From Candidatus Hermodarchaeota archaeon (GTDB lineage Archaea > Asgardarchaeota > Lokiarchaeia > Sigyniarchaeales > SOKP01): a DNA stretch of 64,000 nucleotides. The stretch's first letter is position 1, and every line of letters starts with the position of its first letter. Under the pieces are notes generated by a model. The model was given only the letters and a program-made list of their open reading frames with translations, searched no databases and was not told the origin of the DNA. The translations under genes and the position numbers were made by a program. Location: NCBI GenBank assembly GCA_048885925.1, contig JBHLLG010000005.1:1-64000 (forward strand), in the 5' to 3' direction. Positions 29,892 to 40,644 of the stretch are shown here, piece after piece.

Positions 29892-32372
29892 TTAGTCTAA
29901 ATCAATATTGAAAGAAAGATAATTAGTGAATTGTACATTGATATTCCAAAGATTTTCTTTTGGTTCGATTTGGTAATATTTATAATCTGTTTTAATAATT
30001 TTCATACCTTTTGGAAGCTTTACTATAATAGTTCCTTCTCTTTTTCCTTTTAATTCAATTTTAATTTTCAGTTGTTTCAATTCAAAATTATACTCAAATT
30101 GTTTTATTTCACAACATCCCTGAGTTATGTGCAGGTTTGAAGATATTAAAATGGGAGAATTAATTTTTCTTTCGTTTACAGGAATAATTGTTAAATAGCT
30201 GCAAGAATGTGGATTTATTCCTCTAATTGTAAAAATGTCATCATAATTAATTTCTCCAAGAAATTTATTATTCCAAAAATCATAGAGATAGAATATTCTT
30301 TCGTTTTTCAATAAATTTGGAATTAAGTCTAAGATTTTTAATTCTTTAAAGGCTATACTATCGTCCCAATTTATTATTGCTACAAGATATCTTTTTCCAA
30401 TAATCTCTTTTGTTTCTAGCATATAGATGGTTGGCAATTCTGAAATAAAGGCATCAATAACAATTGGATCATTGTCTTTCGGATTGTAAGGGGGGATAAG
30501 AAGCTTAGCATCATTAATTTCATCTCTAGATAATTTTGTCATATCATCAGATATTAAGATTTGTCCCCCAGATAATCCAAAAATAGTCATTTGTAATCGA
30601 ATTTCATCAATATTTAATTTTGTATCACTTCTCCTAATCATTAAACAATCGGGATCATTTATCCAAAAATATCTATGCATAAATGACCTATATAATGTGT
30701 TTAATAATGCTGCTTTTAAAGAAATATCTGCGATCCCTCTACCATTTTCAAATTTTTCGATAAAATCAGAATTCCAAAGAGGAGCCGTATCACAACTTAT
30801 ACGCATAGCATTAACTAATCCTACACAAGGTCCCAAAGGTGCACCACATCCTAATAAAAAGGAATTATCTGAAATTGCGTCTCTTATTATTTTTACAGCG
30901 TTGTATAATAGTTGTGCTCTCGTAAATTTTGGATTTGTATAATCAGCACTATAAGGGGTAGCAGCGTGAAGAAAATCAATCTTGAAGAAATTAATTAGTG
31001 GATTATTATTATCAGCCTTACCCTTTTTAAAAGCATTTAAAAGATTGGAAAAAAAAAGTTTCAAAAAATCCAATACTTCCTCGTTTGATAAATCAATAGT
31101 GTATTCAAACGAATTCCAATTAAAAAGTACGGGGAGTAAGTTATTATTTTTTGTTAAAAACCAATCTCGGTGTTCTCGAAAGAATTGAGATCTCTTAATA
31201 GCAATAAATGGTGCTGTCCAAATACCACCTTTAAATCCTAACTTTTTTATATATTCGAATAACCAAGGTAATCCATCAGGAAATTTTTCATTTAAATTTG
31301 CAAAATCGCCAATTTTAGTGAAATATCCATCATCTAATTGAATAAAATCGATTGGCATATCAGTATGGTGTTGAAAAAATTCCAAGTTTTTGACCATTTC
31401 GTCTTGTGAGATATTGGTAAAATAATAATACCAACTGCACCAACCTATAGGTATTTTTTGGATTATAGTTTCTTTCAGATTTTTATTAACAACTTTAGCA
31501 TAATCAATTAATCCATAATAACCATTATTATTCTTTTTAAAACAAATGAATAATTCCTCTGAAGAATTGATATTACTTTTATTAAAACTAATGTTATCCA
31601 TACAGCCAAATGCAATTAATAGGCGTATTTCATTCATTCCACCATAATCAAGAATTATTCTTGAAAATTGATCTTTTAATGACACAAAACCAAGAACCAA
31701 TGAATTTTTTGAATTAGAATCTGTAATGACAGTACAATATTCGCTGTAGAATCTTCCTTCAATTTTGTAATCTTGATTGTCATAAATCATTTTAAGGATT
31801 TCTGTAGATGAACCTTGAGTATCTTTTTCTTTCCCAAAAAACAATCCACAAGAACTCCAACTTTGCCACCCATTTTTAAACCAAGTAATATTATGTAAAT
31901 TTGTTGGTTTAGAACCTCCAAACAGCCATAATAAACCATTTTTCATTGTTAATGGAGATATACTGTGTACAGATAGTTGGTTTTGGCTTTTATCTAAAAT
32001 ATCAATTAATTTTACCAATATGAAATCTTTATTTTTATAAATTTTAAACTGAATTTTAAATAATATGTCGTGAATTTCATTATTTATAGGTTCAAAGGTA
32101 ATCTTCAATCCATTTCCTAACAGATCTTTGATATTTTCAATATTGCTTTTAAAATTATACGTATTTGAGGTAACTTCTATTAAAGTTTCTTGTTTTTGAG
32201 AATAAAAGTTTATTGAAGTATAACAATCTTTAATTTGACATTCTACTAATTTTTTGTTCGTTAAGATTATCTCATATTTCCCTTTATTTTCTCCTTTTTT
32301 ATAAAATTTTATTCCAATTATACCATTAAAGGCTTCAAATGTTTCTTCATTATCGTTGATTGTCTCAATCAT
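29892..32372 (-). CDS. Alpha-galactosidase (GH36-like)
   Basis: GWCSWYYY, FIQLDDGY, GIWTAPF, FFKIDFL, MRISCD, WINDPDC. Confidence 0.85.
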   Translation of the reverse strand: MIETINDNEETFEAFNGIIGIKFYKKGENKGKYEIILTNKKLVECQIKDCYTSINFYSQKQETLIEVTSNTYNFKSNIENIKDLLGNGLKITFEPINNEIHDILFKIQFKIYKNKDFILVKLIDILDKSQNQLSVHSISPLTMKNGLLWLFGGSKPTNLHNITWFKNGWQSWSSCGLFFGKEKDTQGSSTEILKMIYDNQDYKIEGRFYSEYCTVITDSNSKNSLVLGFVSLKDQFSRIILDYGGMNEIRLLIAFGCMDNISFNKSNINSSEELFICFKKNNNGYYGLIDYAKVVNKNLKETIIQKIPIGWCSWYYYFTNISQDEMVKNLEFFQHHTDMPIDFIQLDDGYFTKIGDFANLNEKFPDGLPWLFEYIKKLGFKGGIWTAPFIAIKRSQFFREHRDWFLTKNNNLLPVLFNWNSFEYTIDLSNEEVLDFLKLFFSNLLNAFKKGKADNNNPLINFFKIDFLHAATPYSADYTNPKFTRAQLLYNAVKIIRDAISDNSFLLGCGAPLGPCVGLVNAMRISCDTAPLWNSDFIEKFENGRGIADISLKAALLNTLYRSFMHRYFWINDPDCLMIRRSDTKLNIDEIRLQMTIFGLSGGQILISDDMTKLSRDEINDAKLLIPPYNPKDNDPIVIDAFISELPTIYMLETKEIIGKRYLVAIINWDDSIAFKELKILDLIPNLLKNERIFYLYDFWNNKFLGEINYDDIFTIRGINPHSCSYLTIIPVNERKINSPILISSNLHITQGCCEIKQFEYNFELKQLKIKIELKGKREGTIIVKLPKGMKIIKTDYKYYQIEPKENLWNINVQFTNYLSFNIDLD

Positions 32373-32470
32373 AATGGAAAATATTATATTTTTGTTTCTA
32401 ATTGAATTAATTAATAGTTAATGAATATAACTAATTTATGGTAAAAAAAACCTTGAAATGAATAAGAAGT

Positions 32471-33655
32471 TTAATCAAAATTAAAAGGAGGGAATTTCTT
32501 TCTTTTAGAAAATTTTTCCTTTAAAGTGTTCTTTAACTCATTAAAGGGTTTTAAGTTACCTGAAAAGGCATTATTCGCCTTTTCATTAATATCAGAATCT
32601 AATATTTGTTCAACTTGGCTTATATTTCCTAGATTTCCCTCTGAGAGCATTGAAAGGAAATAATCATTTTGATATTTCTTAAAAGTTAAAAATCGATATC
32701 TTTGAAAACCCAATTTCACTGCTATCCACCTAGGTATAGCACCCGTATTTCCCTGTGTATTAGCCGCAATTGCTTCGATCCTTGCAGTGAGCATTGATTC
32801 CTTCATTTCTTTTTCTTCATCTGGATCATCAAATTTACCAAGAGAATCAATTTTTAAGTTTTCTTCACCTAGTAAAAGTGATATTACTCCGATAGACATT
32901 GATGATAATCCAATATAATCTATTCTTATCGTATTTTCTACATATGGGATTTCTTGATCAGTAAAAACCTCCTGTAATTTTACATATTGTTCCAATATAA
33001 ATTTCGTTCGTCGTTTAAATTCTAGTTCAATATTATGTTTTTCAAATTTTTCTAAATTCTCTACATCTTTACCGTCCAGTATTTCTGAGAAGTGATTTGA
33101 CATCTGTTCCAAGACCCATTTTCCTTTCTTATCGGGAAATTTTCCATAAACAAGATAAATTATTTTGTTTTTTTCATAAAATTGGCATTTTTCTTCTTTC
33201 TGTTTATCTATGGAAATCAAAAGCATTTTATCGAGGTCCCCTTCTAGAACACCTGTAGCTATGAAATCTAAATTATTTGTTAATTCCAATAAATAGGAAT
33301 ACTTATCATTGCTACAATAAAGTTGAGTTCTTTCTACAGAAGTAATACCCATTAATTTTATGTATTCTCCTCTCTTTAGTTTAATCTTATCAATTTCCAA
33401 TGAAATATCTAAAGGTTTTTCTTTTACTTTCACTTTACCTTTATATTTTGAAGATAACGTTGTTGTCGTGGTTTCAAATTCTTTAGGAGTAAGTTTTTCA
33501 TCTTTTTCTGTTGTTAAATCAAATAATTCTACTATAAATTTCTTACATTTGGGGCATAACTGATCTTTTGGATAAGGTTTTGCTATTATATATCTGCAAA
33601 ATGGACATTCAACCTTATCCTGGCGTTTATTTGAATGGAAAAAAATGTTAGAAAT
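32471..33655 (-). CDS. Zn-ribbon protein with putative longin/roadblock-like domains; probable ATT start
   Basis: ORF 32471-33433 is open in-frame upstream to ATT at 33655, directly after TAA, adding CPFC...CPKC. GGTGAG at 33665-33670. Confidence 0.6.
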   Translation of the reverse strand: MSNIFFHSNKRQDKVECPFCRYIIAKPYPKDQLCPKCKKFIVELFDLTTEKDEKLTPKEFETTTTTLSSKYKGKVKVKEKPLDISLEIDKIKLKRGEYIKLMGITSVERTQLYCSNDKYSYLLELTNNLDFIATGVLEGDLDKMLLISIDKQKEEKCQFYEKNKIIYLVYGKFPDKKGKWVLEQMSNHFSEILDGKDVENLEKFEKHNIELEFKRRTKFILEQYVKLQEVFTDQEIPYVENTIRIDYIGLSSMSIGVISLLLGEENLKIDSLGKFDDPDEEKEMKESMLTARIEAIAANTQGNTGAIPRWIAVKLGFQRYRFLTFKKYQNDYFLSMLSEGNLGNISQVEQILDSDINEKANNAFSGNLKPFNELKNTLKEKFSKRKKFPPFNFD

Positions 33656-33701
33656 TTATATCAACTCACCTAGTAATTAGAGTTATATTAAAATAAAGAG
33701 A

Positions 33702-34787
33702 TTATAAATATTTATTTACTATTATCCGAAATGCACCAAGAAATTTATTATTATCTTCCTTAGTTCCTATCGTAATTCTTATATAATTATATAAGCCAGG
33801 TTTGCTTAAATGTCGAACTAAAATTTTCATTTCCTTTAATTCCCATACAAATTTTAATGTTTTAGATTTATCATCAAATTTTAAAAGAATAAAATTTGCA
33901 TCAGAAGGTAGAACACTAATTCCATTATATTTATTTAATTCTTCAGTAAGTCTTTTCCTTTCTTCCAATATTGATTTATTTTGTTCAATTATCTTTTGAT
34001 TATACTTAATACTTGACAAAGCTGCAACTTGCCCTAAATAATTAGTATTATATGGCAATTTTACCTGATTCATTTCCTTGATTATTTTAGGATCGGCTAA
34101 AGCATAGCCTATTCTTAGAGATGCTAATGAGAAGCTTTGAGAAAAAGATCTATATACAATTAAGTTTTTTGTTTTTTTCAACAACGGTAAACAAGTTTGG
34201 GTTGAAAAATCTCCGTAAGTTTCATCAACAACTACTATACCTTGAAAACTACCACAGAGTTTTAAAATTGAGGCATTTCCAAAGGATTTTCCATTTGGAT
34301 CATTGGGCGAATTAATAATCATTAATTTTCCTTTAGTGGAATAAGCATTATCAGGTATAGAAAAATCCTCATTAAGTTGAATTTCATTAATTTTAGCATT
34401 ATAAAGTGTTGCTAATACTTTATTTAAGCCATATGAGGGGTAAAATATGACTATTTCATCGCCTGGGTCAATAAAAACTTTGAAAATAACATCTAAGATT
34501 TCATCTGAGCCATTTCCAATAAAAATTGAATTTCGATTAGTAAGTGTATCTTTATCTCTTAATAAAACATTTAAAATCTCTTTTCGTAGTTCAAAAGAAG
34601 TATTATCTGGATAGAGTCTAATTTTATCATTAACAGCGCCTTTTATATCATTCAATACCTCTGGTATAGGTGGAAAGGGATTTTCATTAGTATTTAATTT
34701 AACCCATCCATCTTCTGTTGGTTGTTCAACTGGTTCATAAGCGGAATATTTTCTGAGATGTTCTCTTATCAATTTATTTAATTCCAT
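33702..34787 (-). CDS. hisC: Histidinol-phosphate aminotransferase homolog lacking the PLP lysine
   Basis: KLNTNENPFPP, YPD, GNGSDE, LRIGY and YIRITIGT are present; RSFSQ replaces RTFSK. Confidence 0.75.
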   Translation of the reverse strand: MELNKLIREHLRKYSAYEPVEQPTEDGWVKLNTNENPFPPIPEVLNDIKGAVNDKIRLYPDNTSFELRKEILNVLLRDKDTLTNRNSIFIGNGSDEILDVIFKVFIDPGDEIVIFYPSYGLNKVLATLYNAKINEIQLNEDFSIPDNAYSTKGKLMIINSPNDPNGKSFGNASILKLCGSFQGIVVVDETYGDFSTQTCLPLLKKTKNLIVYRSFSQSFSLASLRIGYALADPKIIKEMNQVKLPYNTNYLGQVAALSSIKYNQKIIEQNKSILEERKRLTEELNKYNGISVLPSDANFILLKFDDKSKTLKFVWELKEMKILVRHLSKPGLYNYIRITIGTKEDNNKFLGAFRIIVNKYL

Positions 34788-35091
34788 TTCTGTACCCTTT
34801 TGTAAATTTTAAAAATATGATTATTTAAGTGAATTTCTCAAAAAAATAATAATTTAAATATTTATTTGTTAAAATTTATTCTTTATCTTTTAATTTCTAG
34901 ATTTTAGGTTTTATTATAATTTATAAATTTTAATTACCAAATCTCAAATTTTTTTTTTTAATAAAATCTTAAATTATATGAAAATCTAAATTATTTCCTT
35001 CATTCAAAAAAAAACTTCGAAAACTCAATTTTTAAATTTATTAACACTATTTTATTTATAATATAAAGTAATGATAAAATATATTGAATAG

Positions 35092-35982
35092 GTGATTAAA
35101 ATCGCTTCATACGCGTTAATGTTCGATGCTCGCCCAGGAGGAGAAATTGTTCCAATCCAGTGGAGTAAAGACAGTTTCATGCCGGAAACATCAATTATCG
35201 TTTTGGATGAGGATAGTGAATCTGTGTTTCTCTGGCATGGCACTAAGCAAGGATTAGTTGCTAGAAGAACAGCTCTTAGGCAAGCAGAATCTCTTAAGGG
35301 TCATGGATATACTGTTGGCAAAAGTATAATAGGTCGTGATATAAAATATATAAAAGAAATTGATGCTCGAAAAGTCGGAAAAGTTCCAGAAGATACACAA
35401 ATGAATGATGAACTTCAAGAAATTTTAAATAGAAATTACACCGCATTAGATAATTTCATTGTAACTTTTCAAGTTAGAGAAGTTGCGCCTGTAGCTGTGA
35501 AAAAACCAGCCCCTAAAATGGAAATAAAACCTGCTCCAAGTCCTATTGCAACAAAGAAGGAAGAAGTAAAAACTACTCCAACCCCTGCAGTGGCACCTAC
35601 ACCTAAGCCTGTGACTACAACACCTGCTATTCCAGCAAAGATTAAAGAAGCAGGTTCAGAATATGATGTGTCTGAACCATTGCCTTCAATTAAACCAGAG
35701 ACAAAAATAGCTCCAGCAATAAAAATTTCACCCAAAGATCTAATTACTGATGCGAAAGTAGCTTTTGTCTTTAGTGCTATATTAGAACATTATGATGATA
35801 TTTGGATTTCAAAAAAATCTGATGGAAGTTTTGCGGTTGAGCAAATGGATGGTCCAATTTGCCAATTTTCAATTAAGGAAGGTTCAAAATTGAATTTTAC
35901 GGCAAATTCCTTCTCCGGAGTGGACCCTAAGATAAAGACAGCAATACAAAAGAAGTTTATTGAGCTAAGTAAATTATTATAA
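35092..35982 (+). CDS. Gelsolin-domain protein with Pro/Thr/Ala/Lys-rich linker and C-terminal domain
   Basis: SIIVLDEDSESVFLWHG...RRTALRQAESL is a gelsolin-repeat pattern. The start may be ATC 35101, since the annotated GTG lies within AGGTGA. Confidence 0.65.
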   Translation: MIKIASYALMFDARPGGEIVPIQWSKDSFMPETSIIVLDEDSESVFLWHGTKQGLVARRTALRQAESLKGHGYTVGKSIIGRDIKYIKEIDARKVGKVPEDTQMNDELQEILNRNYTALDNFIVTFQVREVAPVAVKKPAPKMEIKPAPSPIATKKEEVKTTPTPAVAPTPKPVTTTPAIPAKIKEAGSEYDVSEPLPSIKPETKIAPAIKISPKDLITDAKVAFVFSAILEHYDDIWISKKSDGSFAVEQMDGPICQFSIKEGSKLNFTANSFSGVDPKIKTAIQKKFIELSKLL

Positions 35983-36068
35983 TTTTTATTATATTTTTTA
36001 TTATATTCTTTTTTATTATTTATTAGATTTGAGAAGAGAATTTCGTCTTTATTTTAAATAATATTAAA

Positions 36069-37835
36069 GTGTTAGAAATGAAATTCAATAAGTTAGCAGA
36101 TTTGTTTTCAGAACTAGAAAGTACTACAAAAAGGCTTGAAATGATTGATCTTTTAGCGAAATTTTTTGAAGAAATAAAAAATACGAAAAATTTTGAAGAC
36201 TTAGATAAAGTTGTTTACCTCTTACAAGGTTATTTAGTACCAAACATTAAAAAGTTTCCAAAAATGGGATTAGCTGAAAAAATGATAATCGAAGCATTAT
36301 CAGTCCATTCTGGGATTGATGGAAAAAGAATTAAAGAAGTTCTAGTAAAAGAAGGGGATATTGGAGCTGCTGCAGAGTTAATATTAGCAAAAAAAAAGAA
36401 GCAAAAATCATTATTTGACTATAATTTATCAAATGAAAAAACAAGTATTTCGATAGAAATCTCTGAATTATATTCAGAATTAAAAAGAATAGCATTAAGC
36501 GAGGGTTCTGGTTCCCAAGATGCTAAATTAGGGATATTAAGAGGATTAATGAGGAAATGTTCTCCATTAGAGACAAAATATTTACTGAGAATAATTACTT
36601 CCACATTAAGAGTAGGGGTTCAATCACCAACAATTATAGAAGGCTTAGCTCTCGCTTTTACGGGTATAAAAGCAAATAAAGAGTTCATTGAAAGAGCTTA
36701 TACTTTATATCCTGATCTTGGTGAAATAGCTAAAATATTAGCTGAAAAAAGTCTTGAAGAAGTTAAAAAGATAGATATACAATATGGAACTCCAATTCTA
36801 AGTATGCTTGCTTCTCGAGAAGTTTATACAGAATTTATAAGTAGATTGGGTGTTCCTTTCATAGCTGAACATAAATTAGATGGAGAAAGACTTCAAATCC
36901 ATAAAAGGGGAGATGATATAATCTTATTTTCAAGACGTTTATTAGATATTTCAGACCAATATCCCGATGTATGTCAAGTTTTAAGAGAAAACATTCATGC
37001 TGAAAATGTAATCTTTGAAGGAGAGGTTGTAGCTATGGATCCATTTTATGAAAAGATGCTTCCTTTTCAAGTTTTGAGCCAAAGAAGAAGAAAATATAAT
37101 GTTGATGATATATCTAAAAAAATACCCGTGTGTTTATTTGTATTTGATCTTTTAAAGGTTGAGAATGAATCATATGTGGATAAGCCGTTACCAAAGCGTC
37201 GTAAAAAATTAGAGGAAATTATAGAAGAGAGAGATGAGTTGCGACTTGTTAAATCGGTAATTATAAATACTACTGAGCAATTACTCGAATTCTTTCATAA
37301 AGCTAGAGAAGAAGGAACTGAGGGAATTATGGCAAAATCACTACAGGATAATTCAATATATCAAGCAGGGAATCGTGGTTTTTTGTGGCTTAAGCTAAAA
37401 GGTTTAGAAGGGGGAAAGTTAAAAGATAGTATAGATGTTGTATTGGTTGGTGCTTTTTACGGAAGAGGTCGCAGAAAAGGATGGTATGGAACTTATATAG
37501 GAGCTGTTTATGATCCTGATAACGATAGATTTGTAGCATTTTCACGTGTATCTTCAGGATGGACAGATGAGATTATGGAAAGTCTAACAAAAGAAATGAA
37601 GCAATATGAAATAGATAAAGTTGCATCTAATGTTATATGTGAGGATACTCCTGATACATGGCTTCAACCTGAAGTAGTAATTGAGATAATAGGTGATGAA
37701 ATAACAATAAGCGATAAATTTTCAACTTTAGGTTATTCTATGAGATTTCCCGTTTTTCAGAGATTACGTCCTGAAAAAGGACCGAAAGATGTAACAACTA
37801 TTCAAGAAATTCAAGAATTATATGAAACCCAATAA
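36069..37835 (+). CDS. lig: ATP-dependent DNA ligase
   Basis: EHKLDGER, EGEVV, FDLL, EGIMAK, WLKLK, MRFPVF. The start may be ATG 36078. Confidence 0.96.
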   Translation: MLEMKFNKLADLFSELESTTKRLEMIDLLAKFFEEIKNTKNFEDLDKVVYLLQGYLVPNIKKFPKMGLAEKMIIEALSVHSGIDGKRIKEVLVKEGDIGAAAELILAKKKKQKSLFDYNLSNEKTSISIEISELYSELKRIALSEGSGSQDAKLGILRGLMRKCSPLETKYLLRIITSTLRVGVQSPTIIEGLALAFTGIKANKEFIERAYTLYPDLGEIAKILAEKSLEEVKKIDIQYGTPILSMLASREVYTEFISRLGVPFIAEHKLDGERLQIHKRGDDIILFSRRLLDISDQYPDVCQVLRENIHAENVIFEGEVVAMDPFYEKMLPFQVLSQRRRKYNVDDISKKIPVCLFVFDLLKVENESYVDKPLPKRRKKLEEIIEERDELRLVKSVIINTTEQLLEFFHKAREEGTEGIMAKSLQDNSIYQAGNRGFLWLKLKGLEGGKLKDSIDVVLVGAFYGRGRRKGWYGTYIGAVYDPDNDRFVAFSRVSSGWTDEIMESLTKEMKQYEIDKVASNVICEDTPDTWLQPEVVIEIIGDEITISDKFSTLGYSMRFPVFQRLRPEKGPKDVTTIQEIQELYETQ

Positions 37836-37958
37836 AAGTTAATTCAGTTTTTACTTAATATTTATAATTATTGCTAGGAGTTATATTCATTATTCTAAGT
37901 AAATTGCTATTAAATCTTTAAATTACTAATTTCAATTATATATTCCCTATACTAGTAA

Positions 37959-39461
37959 TTATTTATATATTTTCAATCCCTTATTTTGTAAAATTTTAAT
38001 CGATTCCGGAATCTTTCTAATGTATTTATTAAAATTTAGATTAAGAATTTTTAATGAAGAAAGATAACCCAATGAACTTGGTAGTGATTTTAGATTATTT
38101 CCCCATAAATTTAATTCTTCCAATGAAGAAAGAGAATCAATCCATTCTGGAAGAGTATTGAAATTATTCCAGCTTAAATCTAATCTTTTGAGATGCTTTA
38201 AATCTTTAAGTGATTTAGGTAAATTTGTAAGTTTATTATTCCTCAATATTAAATTTTCTAATGATTTTAATGATCCTATTTCATTTGGAAGTTCTTTTAT
38301 GTTATTATCATAAAGATTTAATTCTTTTAACGAGACTAATTTTCTTAGAATAGAAAAATTAAATGATATTTGATTACCACCTAATCCTAGGATTTCTAGT
38401 GATTGTAGATTTTCTATCCATTCTGGAAGGACAATAAGCTTATTTAAACCTAATTCTAATTGTTTTAAAGAGTTAAATCCATTAATTGATTTAGGTAAAT
38501 AGTTCAGTTGATTTCCATGTAGATCCAGAATTTCTAATGATTTCAAATCATAGATTTCTTTGGGTAGTGATTTTAAGTTGTTATGCCTCAAATCTAATTT
38601 CTTTAATTTCTTTAATCTTCCAATAATACTTGGAATCTCACTAATTTTATTATATTTTAAAATCAAACGTTCTAATGACATTAAAGAACCAAAAGATTCA
38701 GGCAAACTTCTAATGTTATTATTGCTAAGATCTAGATATTTAAGATATTGAAGGTTACCAATCTTTTTAGGTAGATTTACAATTCTATTGATCTTCAAAT
38801 CTAATTTCTCAAGATATTTAAGAACTATTATGAACTCTGGTAACCTTTTTAAAATTTTCCAGCCAAGAACATTGGAGCTGATTCCCGATAAGTCCAATGA
38901 TATTACCAAACCATTCTTTAAGATATACTCTATATCTTTAAATTCCCTTTTAAAGTACCTAATGATGATATAATTATTTAATATTTCAGAAAGTCTTATA
39001 TTCGTAAATTTATAAATTTCCCCGGTTTTGAAGGTTTTTTGAAGACTTTTATTGAATTGATGGATATCTATGTTTTTTATTTTATCAATTAAAAATGTTT
39101 TAACTTTATCGTTTATTATGTCCCCCATAGTAGAAACAATTTTAACCAAACAAATTATTGAAGTTTCATGATGAAACGCCCATTTCATAGGATTAAATGC
39201 CTTTTCTATAAAATTTTGATGAATAGCTTTAATTGCTGTATATCTAATCTCTTCGTGAGAATCAGAAATTAAAAGATTTTCAAATAATTTAAAAAACTCT
39301 TCACTTTTTGAACCAATTTTTATTAATATTTCAATACTTTCAATTCTTTTTATGGTATCATCGGAATTGTTAACTAAAGCAATTAATTTATCTACAACAA
39401 ACTGTTTCTCTAGATTTCCATTTAAAAATTCTTTGTAAATTGAATTTGGGGATAATTTCAT
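37959..39461 (-). CDS. HEAT-like plus leucine-rich repeat protein
   Basis: About 12 repeats of 23 aa, LxxLxLxxNxLxxLPxxIxxL. Confidence 0.88.
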   Translation of the reverse strand: MKLSPNSIYKEFLNGNLEKQFVVDKLIALVNNSDDTIKRIESIEILIKIGSKSEEFFKLFENLLISDSHEEIRYTAIKAIHQNFIEKAFNPMKWAFHHETSIICLVKIVSTMGDIINDKVKTFLIDKIKNIDIHQFNKSLQKTFKTGEIYKFTNIRLSEILNNYIIIRYFKREFKDIEYILKNGLVISLDLSGISSNVLGWKILKRLPEFIIVLKYLEKLDLKINRIVNLPKKIGNLQYLKYLDLSNNNIRSLPESFGSLMSLERLILKYNKISEIPSIIGRLKKLKKLDLRHNNLKSLPKEIYDLKSLEILDLHGNQLNYLPKSINGFNSLKQLELGLNKLIVLPEWIENLQSLEILGLGGNQISFNFSILRKLVSLKELNLYDNNIKELPNEIGSLKSLENLILRNNKLTNLPKSLKDLKHLKRLDLSWNNFNTLPEWIDSLSSLEELNLWGNNLKSLPSSLGYLSSLKILNLNFNKYIRKIPESIKILQNKGLKIYK

Positions 39462-39521
39462 ATAAGTTTAATATCTATTTTTTAAAAATCTTAATTTAGA
39501 TGAGAAAATTTAATTAAAAAT

Positions 39522-40607
39522 TTAAATTAATCCAGCAACATTAATAATTTCATTAGCAATTTCTTTTGGTTTGGTTTCCTCAATAAAATGCCCAAAACCT
39601 TTAAAAACTCTAATATGCTCATTAAGTTGTGGTAAATATGTTAACCATTGCCTAATTACTTCTGGTTTTGCGGATGGATCCCAATCACCAAGAATTGCTC
39701 TAATACCAATGCTTTGACCATTAGGTCCCCAGATATCACTAATATTGTCCTGAATAAAACGATAAAATGATGAAGTGTCTCTATTGCCAAGTTGAGGTTC
39801 TAAATATATATTTCCATACCCCCATACAGGTGTTTGAAGAACTAAACGCTTTGAACTAAGTACATTTGATATTGATTTAAATTGTTGTTTAAATATCTTT
39901 TGAGCAATTTTCTCTCTTTTACGAAAAATACCAAATTCTTTTGCTATTATTGAGAAAATCATTCTTATAAATAATGTCGTAGGGTTTGTAGGTTTACAAA
40001 AAATTGAAAATGAGGCAAATGAACCCCATAAACGGTTAGGAATTATTTTTGGACCTTTAGCCCAATTTACCCATGAACCTGGAAAATTTTGATATGTTAT
40101 TCCTTCTTCTGGAATAGGAAAAACTGTACTATTTAATATAATCAAGTTGGTTAATCGTTCGGGTTCTTTCAAGAAAGCCCCAATACCAATAGGACCTCCC
40201 CAATCATGTATAACGAGAGTTACATTTCTCAAATCCAAGTATTTTATGAGTTGTAATAAATTATTAGCATGATCCATGCATACCATTTCATAGGTTGCTT
40301 GATCTGACAAGCCAAATCCAATATGATCCATTGTCACGATCCTAAACGGTTTCTTGGCGTAATCGATAATATATTTTATGACTTTTCTATAAGTATATGA
40401 ATTTTCGGGATTCCCATGAATGAAGACAATATTAGATACTAGATTTCCTTTACCATGTGTACTATCCCTGAAAAATAATTTTTTTCCTTTATCTAGTCCT
40501 TCTGGTAGTTCAAACCAGAATCCACATTCTTCAGGGTAGTAATCATTAGGTATTTTTTTTATGGGTGTATTTCCGGGAGATCTTCTAATCTTTAAATCTG
40601 AGTTCAT
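39522..40607 (-). CDS. Alpha/beta hydrolase, haloalkane dehalogenase/OleB-like
   Basis: HGNP, DHIGFGLS, nucleophile elbow HDWGG, catalytic GHF. Confidence 0.82.
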   Translation of the reverse strand: MNSDLKIRRSPGNTPIKKIPNDYYPEECGFWFELPEGLDKGKKLFFRDSTHGKGNLVSNIVFIHGNPENSYTYRKVIKYIIDYAKKPFRIVTMDHIGFGLSDQATYEMVCMDHANNLLQLIKYLDLRNVTLVIHDWGGPIGIGAFLKEPERLTNLIILNSTVFPIPEEGITYQNFPGSWVNWAKGPKIIPNRLWGSFASFSIFCKPTNPTTLFIRMIFSIIAKEFGIFRKREKIAQKIFKQQFKSISNVLSSKRLVLQTPVWGYGNIYLEPQLGNRDTSSFYRFIQDNISDIWGPNGQSIGIRAILGDWDPSAKPEVIRQWLTYLPQLNEHIRVFKGFGHFIEETKPKEIANEIINVAGLI

Positions 40608-40644
40608 TTAAATACCCAAAATAGTTAATATTATTTTAAAAAGG

